In this document: positions 8,391-15,844 of the stretch, piece by piece
How the letters are laid out: every line of letters begins with the position of its first letter
How positions within the stretch are numbered: the first letter of the stretch is position 1
Assembly: GCA_016217665.1 (NCBI GenBank)
Contig: JACRHF010000019.1
Coordinates: 1-47,183 of the forward strand
Reading direction: 5' to 3'
DNA: 47,183 nucleotides
DNA from: Nitrospirota bacterium
GTDB lineage: Bacteria; Nitrospirota; 9FT-COMBO-42-15; HDB-SIOI813
Program-made: the position numbers and the translations under genes
Notes under the pieces: model-generated
The model's input: only the letters and a program-made list of their open reading frames with translations
Databases searched by the model: none
Told to the model about the DNA's origin: nothing

Positions 8391-9560
8391 ACCATGACAT
8401 CTTTACAGACACAAAAGCAGACACCCTATATTGAGCGTATTATCAATCTAAACGCCCTTCTTGAAAAAAAATCCCACTTTCTGCTCGGTCCCCGGCAAAC
8501 AGGCAAAAGTTCTCTCATCGCTCATTCTCTGAGAGGAATCCGCGTCTATGATTTGCTCGACACCACGGTCTATCTGTCGTTGAGCCAGAACCCTGGACGG
8601 ATTTCCGAGGAACTTCTCCGGGAAGACCGCTTGTTGGTGATCGATGAGGTCCAGCGCCTTCCGGTTCTCCTCAACGAGGTACACCGCCTCATCGAAACCC
8701 GGGGCATACGTTTCCTGCTCACCGGCTCCAGCGCCCGCAAGCTTCGGCGCGGCGGGGTTAACCTCCTGGGCGGACGCGCGAGAACAAAGCACCTGCACCC
8801 GCTAACCTTCCGCGAACTGGGTGGACACTTTAATTTGCTACGCGCATTGGAGCGGGGGCTCCTCCCGTCAGTCTATTTTTCGGATGATCCGCACGCAGAC
8901 CTCCAGGCCTATGCAGGGTACTATCTTCAACAGGAGATTGTCGCAGAGGGGGCCACCAGGAATGTTCCGGCCTTCAGCCGTTTCCTGAAAGTGGCTGCCC
9001 TGTGCAACGGCACAATCGTTAACTTCACCAACGTGGCGAACGATGCCCAGGTGGCCCGAACGACTGTTTACGAATACTTCGAAATTCTTAAAGATACCCT
9101 GATTATTCACGAACTTCCTCCCTGGCGGAAGTCGCTCAAGCGGAAGCCTCTTTCATCCTCCAAGTACTATTTCTTCGATGGAGGTGTGGTCACATCTCTT
9201 CAAGGTCGGCAGAAGCTGCAACCCGGGACGTCCGAATTTGGACAGTCCCTTGAGACCTATCTCTTCCACGAGCTGGTGAGCTATCGGGATTATATATCAG
9301 GAGAACCCTTAACTTATTGGCGTTCGACATCCGGGTTCGAGGTAGATTTCATTATCGGGGACCACACGGCTATCGAAGTAAAAGCCAAGAAAAACGTCTC
9401 GCCTCAGGATGTGAAATCACTGCGCGCCCTTGCCGAGGAAAAAAAACTCAAACGCTATCTATGCGTCAGTCTTGAAAACCGGACACGGCAACTCGAAGGT
9501 ATTACCGTCCTTCCCATCCAGGAATTTTTAAGCATGTTGTGGAATGAGGAATATTCTTGA
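8382..9560 (+). CDS. AAA+ ATPase with C-terminal DUF4143-like domain
   Basis: 392 aa. Walker A GPRQTGKSS, Walker B LLVIDEVQ, and a C-terminal region (FEVDFIIGDHTAIEVKA) typical of AAA_14/DUF4143 proteins. The true start may be ATG 8394, giving a near-leaderless mRNA. Confidence 0.8.
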   Translation: MTNTMTSLQTQKQTPYIERIINLNALLEKKSHFLLGPRQTGKSSLIAHSLRGIRVYDLLDTTVYLSLSQNPGRISEELLREDRLLVIDEVQRLPVLLNEVHRLIETRGIRFLLTGSSARKLRRGGVNLLGGRARTKHLHPLTFRELGGHFNLLRALERGLLPSVYFSDDPHADLQAYAGYYLQQEIVAEGATRNVPAFSRFLKVAALCNGTIVNFTNVANDAQVARTTVYEYFEILKDTLIIHELPPWRKSLKRKPLSSSKYYFFDGGVVTSLQGRQKLQPGTSEFGQSLETYLFHELVSYRDYISGEPLTYWRSTSGFEVDFIIGDHTAIEVKAKKNVSPQDVKSLRALAEEKKLKRYLCVSLENRTRQLEGITVLPIQEFLSMLWNEEYS

Positions 9561-9680
9561 CGCTCTTAACGTGTAATCCTCAACATTATTATTCCACCTA
9601 TCCTCAACAATAATATCACAGGGGATTGCTTCGCTTCGCTCGCAATGACGCTCTATTTATTACCGTTACTATACCATTAT

Positions 9681-9721
9681 CTTACAAAATCAACTGATGG
9701 AGCATAATCTCTTGCCAGGAT
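9681..9721. repeat. 41-bp direct repeat, copy 2
   Basis: Identical to 8249-8289. It ends immediately next to the stop codon (9722-9724) of the C11-like gene. Confidence 0.98.
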
Positions 9722-11047
9722 TCAGGATGGGCCGAGGAGGCCGGCCTTCTGATAATAGGTCTGTAAAAACTCATCCCAATGGGTATCATGGAAGAATTGC
9801 ACCTGGCTTCCCTCTCCGGTGTAGGGATCAAAGAGGCTTGAAATTTCGTAGTACTGCTGATATTGCAGGGCCTCAGGCAATCTGAAAAAGGTGATGGAGA
9901 GCCCGTTCGCTTTGGGACGGTCCTTGCCATGATATTCAGCAATAATAATATCCTTCTTCATGGACAGAATTCTCCCGGCGCTATCTTTCACTTCCTGCAA
10001 TTGCCCGGAAAGATCAGAATATCTGTTTAAGGCATCCTTTAAATTACTGATCAGGTCCATGAGATCTACATAGACGTAGGGTGCCGTCAGGGGGTTGAGT
10101 TCCTGAGTAAGATTCCGGGCCTCGCTGACAGCATTTAACAGCGCCGCGCCTGTTCCTGTCTGATCCCCTGTAAGGATTCCATTCATTCCTTCAGATAGCC
10201 GGTTAATCTCCACAGCCATGTCATTCATACTGTTTTTGAGTTGGATGGCTGAGATGGTCAGGTATTGTTCAACGTCTGGATTTTCAGGATAAAAAACTTC
10301 TTCATAGAAAGATTTGTAACTATCCACGATCACCCGGGCAAGCTCTCTCCCCCCCATAAGGGGCTTGCTTCTTAAGGCACGTAATATGGCCGTGTAATCC
10401 CACCCATGGGCCTGGCCGGTCTCCTGGGAGAATACAAGGATATCTGACAGGTTTCTAAATTCATAGGCCGTCTCGATCTGCCCCATCTGGCTTGCGTCAA
10501 ATCCCAAGAGATCAAGGTAAATACCGGCATCTTCGAGGGCCTGTCGAACCAGGGTGTTTGAGAGACAACAGCGTACACCGTCTGTATCATCCTGCAGGAT
10601 CCTTCCCAGTATCCGATCCGTTGGGTGATAGGGAAGCCGTTTTGCCAGTCCATCGCCGTGGCTGGAAAGAATAAGGGCATATCGCAGGGCTGGATAGTCT
10701 GTCTTTGCCCAGAGGAGAAAGTCTTTGAGGGTCTGAGGGTCTGCCATGTTCTGCTCCCCCAGGTCTTCAAGGAGGATTGATTGGCCCCTTTCTACCAGGA
10801 TCCTTTTTGTAGTGCCACCCAAGGTATCCATCTGGACTACTACATTAACAAGACCTGTAGAACCTACTGCCTCCAGCTCTCCTAAATCGTTTAAAAGTGC
10901 GCCAGAGAGATTGTTGTCTCCCGCCATGTAGACCATGACGGTCCAGAGGGGCTCTGCATTAGAGCCATTAGAACTGCTGCAACTTTGGATCAATAAGAGA
11001 AGAAGAAACAGAAAAGGGTACAGATTCATTTTCCTCATCATCATCAT
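9722..11047 (-). CDS. clostripain-like (peptidase C11 family) lipoprotein with Ser at the expected catalytic Cys position
   Basis: 441 aa. Lipobox LLIQSC. C11 hallmarks VMVYMAGDNNLSG and ILSSHGDG (His). The nucleophile motif reads GFDASQMG where the family normally has FDAC (Ser codon AGC at 10490-10492). Confidence 0.75.
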   Translation of the reverse strand: MMMMRKMNLYPFLFLLLLLIQSCSSSNGSNAEPLWTVMVYMAGDNNLSGALLNDLGELEAVGSTGLVNVVVQMDTLGGTTKRILVERGQSILLEDLGEQNMADPQTLKDFLLWAKTDYPALRYALILSSHGDGLAKRLPYHPTDRILGRILQDDTDGVRCCLSNTLVRQALEDAGIYLDLLGFDASQMGQIETAYEFRNLSDILVFSQETGQAHGWDYTAILRALRSKPLMGGRELARVIVDSYKSFYEEVFYPENPDVEQYLTISAIQLKNSMNDMAVEINRLSEGMNGILTGDQTGTGAALLNAVSEARNLTQELNPLTAPYVYVDLMDLISNLKDALNRYSDLSGQLQEVKDSAGRILSMKKDIIIAEYHGKDRPKANGLSITFFRLPEALQYQQYYEISSLFDPYTGEGSQVQFFHDTHWDEFLQTYYQKAGLLGPS

Positions 11048-11119
11048 TCAATCGTATTTACGTATTTATAAAATAGAAACAATTTTGTTTAGCAGGTAGA
11101 CCTGAAAAGGCGAGGATAC

Positions 11120-11674
11120 TTATTCAAAGAGTTTTTTTAAATCTATCTTTAAACCTTTCAGGAGTGGAGACTCTAAAGTATCATTCCTTTTGAATTTCTT
11201 AAAAAGATCATAGTCCCCTTCCTTAAAGGTATAAATCTCGACCATCTCCTCTTTTGGGATTACAAGCCAGAACTCCTTTACACCAAAAGTTGCATAAAGT
11301 CCTTTCTTTTGAATCAAGTCTCTATATGCACTGTTCTCTGAAACAATTTCGATTGCAATATCCGGTGCACCCTGTATGTTTTTTTCACCGATGATATTCA
11401 ACCTATCTTTTGAGATAAACAGGATATCAGGCTGCACCACATTTTCATCATCGAGATGGACGTCACAGGGGGCATAAAAGACCTCACCGAGTCCTTTCTC
11501 CTTTACAAACTTTAATAACTCAAACTCAATCTCTCTCGATATCTTTTGATGATTGGGGACCGGTGAGGGTGTCATTAAAAGCTCTCCTCCTATAAGTTCA
11601 TATCTTTTATCATCCGGAGTCTTCAGATAGTCCTCATAGGTGTATCGCCTTTTCTGTGCCATAGAAAATGACAT
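11120..11674 (-). CDS. Uma2 family (DUF820) endonuclease
   Basis: Start set at ATG 11674 (AAGGAGAAGGAGAG RBS). YELIGGELLMTPSPVPNHQKISREI and the PDILFIS / PDIAIEIVS motifs are typical of Uma2 PD-(D/E)xK proteins. Confidence 0.8.
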   Translation of the reverse strand: MSFSMAQKRRYTYEDYLKTPDDKRYELIGGELLMTPSPVPNHQKISREIEFELLKFVKEKGLGEVFYAPCDVHLDDENVVQPDILFISKDRLNIIGEKNIQGAPDIAIEIVSENSAYRDLIQKKGLYATFGVKEFWLVIPKEEMVEIYTFKEGDYDLFKKFKRNDTLESPLLKGLKIDLKKLFE

Positions 11675-11828
11675 AATACTCTCCTTCTCCTTGTTAGCAA
11701 CAAATATCACAAATTATATGGTAATGCAAGGATTTTCTCATGGGTAAGCAATGGTAATAATTCCCCTGATAAAATTGATGTTCTAAGGGATACAAACACC
11801 TATTTATGGGAATCATTTCCCTTGTAAA

Positions 11829-12128
11829 TCAGAATAATAGCGTGGTCCGACCCCATCCCTCCATTACCAGGAATCTTTTCGCAGCGCCGCCAAAGGTATC
11901 CATCTGGACAACAACATTAACAAGACCTGTAGAACCTACTGCCTCCATTTCTCCTAAATCGTTTGATAGTGCGCCAGAGAGATTGTTGTCCCCGGCCATG
12001 TAGACCATAACAGTCCAGATCGGCTTTCCATCTGAACCCCCGCACCCTATAGCCCATTGGAGTATAACTGAAATAAGCAGTAAAGACAGAAAAGGGGACA
12101 GATTTATTTTCCTTTCTTCTTTCCACAT
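11829..12128 (-). pseudogene. truncated duplicate of the 5' end of the C11-like gene
   Basis: About 245 bp (11866-12112) aligns with 10793-11034 at roughly 85-90% identity by eye. It encodes a lipoprotein signal plus WTVMVYMAGDNNLSGALSNDLGEMEAVGSTGLVNVVVQMDTFGG, then diverges and stops. Confidence 0.7.
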
Positions 12129-12155
12129 CCCGAAAATAAATCTGTCCCCTTTTCT
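12088..12155. repeat. GGGGACAGATTTATTTTC hairpin element, copy A (24-nt arms, 20-nt loop)
   Basis: AGAAAAGGGGACAGATTTATTTTC (12088-12111) is perfectly complementary to GAAAATAAATCTGTCCCCTTTTCT (12132-12155). Confidence 0.95.
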
Positions 12156-12241
12156 ATTTCTCATATAAATACGTTGCAAAACCTCTGGATTCCCGTTTTC
12201 ACGGGACGGGAATGACGACTGTAGCAAGAGCTTCTCCCAAT

Positions 12242-12272
12242 AAAAAAAGGGGCGGGTTTTAAAGCCCGCCCC
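12242..12272 (-). terminator. Rho-independent terminator of the large lipoprotein gene
   Basis: On the minus strand: GGGGCGGGCTTTAAAACCCGCCCC followed by TTTTTTT (A7 at 12242-12248 on +). It lies about 50 nt after the stop at 12324. Confidence 0.8.
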
Positions 12273-12323
12273 TTCCAAATCCGCCTTTAAACTAAAGCGA
12301 AAGAATGCATCCCTGCAATCTGT

Positions 12324-15140
12324 TTACCTAACACTCCCGTCGGAGAAGTACTCATCTCCTGTGGTACGGATCGTATTTCCTCCGACATCCGTGACATTAG
12401 ATACTGTCACCTTCCCGCCCACACGTGTGTCATCACCTGAGAGGGTCTCGGTATCAATCTTCCCATTTACACCACCTGTGATGGCGGTAGCATTGGGAAT
12501 ACCCTGGCCCACAGGAATTACCTGGGTTCCACTTGCATCTGCTGTAGTCTGACAAATTCCATTGGCTCCGACATGAATATAATCCTCACCAACACCTACT
12601 CCGTCTGTACCGCCAACTAACGTGTCTCCAGCAGCAGCGGCAATGTATGGAGTCGTATCAACTACACAGGTTCCGCTCGGCCTTCCGTTAGCGCCGGTTG
12701 CCTGAAGCACGGTGTCAGCAGTCTCTGCCGGGGTTATACCATTGTCTGCCGAAGTTTCGCAAACACCATTGGCACCGGCATTTATCTCACGTCCCGTATC
12801 AACGTCATCGCCCTGTTCCACCGTATCCGTCCCATTATCAATCAGGCAAGGTCCGAAAGCTCCTCCTGCCGCGCCACTTGCTGCAGCAATTACCTGAACA
12901 TCATCACCGGCGGCTGTTGTGTTCGCAATCCCATTAGCACCCGTTGTAATGCGAGTCACAAGCAGGTTTAAAGGAGAAAGCACCGCTGATAACGTCAGGG
13001 TGACGCTATCATCTGCTGCACTATATACGGCGGTTGAAACCGTAGGCGCCGTACCTGTGGCCAACCCGGATATGACGTAGTTGGTGGCTGTCTCTGCAAC
13101 CGTCTCATTCAGCTCTTCATTAAATTCAAGAACGATCTGATCAATGTTAGTTGTATCTGCGCAGATGGCTCCACTAGTACCCGGATCAACACCTGTACCG
13201 CAACTCAGATCATTTCCATTCTCTTGAAGAATCGGCCCGATATTGTCATCCGCGGGATTGGCTGCAATGGCGCTGAATGAGCCTGCCACGCCGTCTGCAT
13301 TGACACCGGCGACCTGACAGTTGTAGCGAAGCTCAATCTCGCTATTTTCCACAAAGGCAGCGCCATCATTCAATGTGGCGAAGACATAAGCACCAAGAGT
13401 ATAATCATATCGCCATTCACCATCGGATAGCTTATCAGCCAGTTTATTGAAGTCAACTTTAGCCGAGGAACCGGTGGCTTCCATTCCATCGCCATAGCAA
13501 TATTCACCTACCTCGCAGACACCGTCATCATCTCCGCCGCCGGAATAGTAGTAGTCACCGATGACCTCTTTAGATGCCGGTAGGCTTGTATCGTCCTGCA
13601 CAAAGGGCCCGTCCTGGGTAGCAGTACCCCAGACCTGGACCTTCTGGCAGTTCATCACGTAGGTCTTTGCCCCAGACACGATAGACCAGTCATACTGTCC
13701 CACTTGTGTACCGCCCTCATCAAGGCTGGCATCATTTTTCAGGACAAGGTCTGTAACCGTAGCGGGGATGTTCCCCCCCGTGGTGCTGAAGGCGACGGTA
13801 CAATAATCATTATTACTGCCGCTGGGACAATTAAAGGATGTTGCCGGATTCCCTGCGGCATCGGTCAGATGGTCAAGACCATTCAGTGTCACATGGTACA
13901 TCGACGATGTCCCTGTCGCGAAGGTCACCTGTAGCTGGGTGCAGTTAGTGGTGCAAGCGGCTGGAAGCCAGGCTAATGAATAGCTCACATTACCTGCCTT
14001 GCTCCCGTCATAGCTCACCTCAACATGGTCATAGAGGTCATCTACGCCAGAGGCAGTTAGACCCGTCGCATAGGCCGTCTGCAATACCGGCTCATGGAAT
14101 CTGAAGACCGCGGTCTGGCTTGACGCCTGTGCAAGGTCACTGCCATCCTCCGGGGTCACCTCAACGATTTTCGGTCCCATGTCATCGTTTGGACAGAGGT
14201 GAAGGGCCTGATCCTTGGACGGATCGTCCCCTAAACCATAATAACAATCACCACCGTATCCATACTCACACTGATCCAGGTGAAGCACCAGGGTTTCGTT
14301 ATTCCCATCCGGACCCGTTGTATTCAGGACATCATGCTCCGTGGGATTATCCAGGCTATCGGCCGCCACGATCTCGAAATTGCGACCGCCGCACTCAATA
14401 TTATTGAATTCAAATGTCCCATCACTCCCTGCATCAGCATAGCTTATGATATTATCATAATGGCCGCTGCCTGTATTATCACTGTCATCATTCGAATCGA
14501 GCCGCAATTCCGCAGATTGCGGAGTCGCATAATCCGGTCCAAAACAGCCGTATACAGTACCCTTGATGTTGCAGGCAAGTCTGCCAATCTCTATTTGGAG
14601 GTTTGCGACAAGCCCATCCACCTTTGTGTCGTGGTTAGTCGAGTTACCGCATGTCCCTGCACCACCTCCCTCGTCGTCACCAAGATCAGTATCCTGGCAC
14701 TCCGTATCATTCAGTGAGGTATAACTGACTGACACTGTCCGGTAAGAGAACTCCGGATATTTCTCTGTGGCGGTCTTCATGTTGATCGGCTTCGTCGCGT
14801 TCCTCAGGTCCACAGAGACATCATAAACATCATATACAGAGCCATTCAGCGCATCTGTTGTTGCAGGGACATCTTTGATCACATACTGCCCCATCTCATT
14901 TGTTGTGGCCTCACCCACACCCACAGATACCCTTGCACCTACGATGGGTTCCCGGGTAACGGCATCCACAACAACCCCCTGAATCGTCCCCTTGGGTTTA
15001 AAGGTCGCACTTACGGGATTTGTAAACGACTCAGTTGTATCCTTTGAGCAGCCTGCCATTGTGAACATGGTTGAGATCGCTGCAATCAGGAACCCAGCCA
15101 TCCACAATGTTTTCATGTTCATCATTCTTCTTTTTTTCAT
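12324..15140 (-). CDS. large acidic surface lipoprotein (CarboxypepD_reg-like and Ig-like domains, C-terminal GANG-x-C repeats)
   Basis: 938 aa. Signal peptide with lipobox MAGC. GTIQGVVVDAVTREPIVGARVSV resembles carboxypeptidase regulatory-like domains. PKIVEVTPEDGSD resembles SbsA-type Ig domains. The last ~209 aa carry reiterated G(A/V)NG motifs. Confidence 0.7.
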   Translation of the reverse strand: MKKRRMMNMKTLWMAGFLIAAISTMFTMAGCSKDTTESFTNPVSATFKPKGTIQGVVVDAVTREPIVGARVSVGVGEATTNEMGQYVIKDVPATTDALNGSVYDVYDVSVDLRNATKPINMKTATEKYPEFSYRTVSVSYTSLNDTECQDTDLGDDEGGGAGTCGNSTNHDTKVDGLVANLQIEIGRLACNIKGTVYGCFGPDYATPQSAELRLDSNDDSDNTGSGHYDNIISYADAGSDGTFEFNNIECGGRNFEIVAADSLDNPTEHDVLNTTGPDGNNETLVLHLDQCEYGYGGDCYYGLGDDPSKDQALHLCPNDDMGPKIVEVTPEDGSDLAQASSQTAVFRFHEPVLQTAYATGLTASGVDDLYDHVEVSYDGSKAGNVSYSLAWLPAACTTNCTQLQVTFATGTSSMYHVTLNGLDHLTDAAGNPATSFNCPSGSNNDYCTVAFSTTGGNIPATVTDLVLKNDASLDEGGTQVGQYDWSIVSGAKTYVMNCQKVQVWGTATQDGPFVQDDTSLPASKEVIGDYYYSGGGDDDGVCEVGEYCYGDGMEATGSSAKVDFNKLADKLSDGEWRYDYTLGAYVFATLNDGAAFVENSEIELRYNCQVAGVNADGVAGSFSAIAANPADDNIGPILQENGNDLSCGTGVDPGTSGAICADTTNIDQIVLEFNEELNETVAETATNYVISGLATGTAPTVSTAVYSAADDSVTLTLSAVLSPLNLLVTRITTGANGIANTTAAGDDVQVIAAASGAAGGAFGPCLIDNGTDTVEQGDDVDTGREINAGANGVCETSADNGITPAETADTVLQATGANGRPSGTCVVDTTPYIAAAAGDTLVGGTDGVGVGEDYIHVGANGICQTTADASGTQVIPVGQGIPNATAITGGVNGKIDTETLSGDDTRVGGKVTVSNVTDVGGNTIRTTGDEYFSDGSVR

Positions 15141-15621
15141 CTCCTACCTCCTTTTGTTCTTATTATTGCTGTCTTCTTATGAAAAACTAACATGTAACTA
15201 TTACATGTCTCTTTTGCAACCATCACCCCCTCTCCATCTATGCTCAGACTTCTATTTTTTACCAAGCACGTATTCCTTATTTTCGCCTCACCCATATCTA
15301 TTGACTGGCTTACCGGCAGGACCCCATGATGTAGGATTCAAATGATGACGGTCAAAACTATCAAAAATAAATAACCCTGTCAAGCTTAAACTTTAGCATC
15401 AAAGAAATATAAGGAATCATAAACATAAAAAAGCGTACCAGGCACCCCCATAGATATAAATAATTAATAGGTTAATGTCAAGAAAAAAATCGGATATAGA
15501 CATCGGATTGCACCAGCAATAGTTTAGTTGATACAGTACATATCACGACCGGCCTTTGTTTCTTGTACGATAGAGTAGCCAAAAGGCAACTTTCTGTCAA
15601 TAGAAATTTTGCAGGAATACA

Positions 15622-15844
15622 TAATGCCTCGGTGAAGGGTGGGGTCGTAGTCCCTTCGCTCCTGGCCTTCGCAGTTGACCTATCTAAGGACTCGCAGGCG
15701 GGGAAGCCTTCCAGCCTCTAACGGGCTGGCTTTTTTCGCTTCGCTCAATGCAAGCACTGCCCTCCGCCTGCTCGCCTTGACAGGGGCCCAACTGCTCCGG
15801 CAAGTTGCGAAGGGACTACGACCCCACCCTTCACCGAGGCATTA
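15622..15844. mobile_element. MITE-like palindromic element, copy 1 (223 bp, 38-nt perfect terminal inverted repeats)
   Basis: TAATGCCTCGGTGAAGGGTGGGGTCGTAGTCCCTTCGC (15622-15659) is the exact reverse complement of 15807-15844. The internal ~150 bp is shared with 43056-43297 and contains a terminator-like hairpin CCAGCCtctaacgGGCTGG followed by CTTTTTT. Confidence 0.7.
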
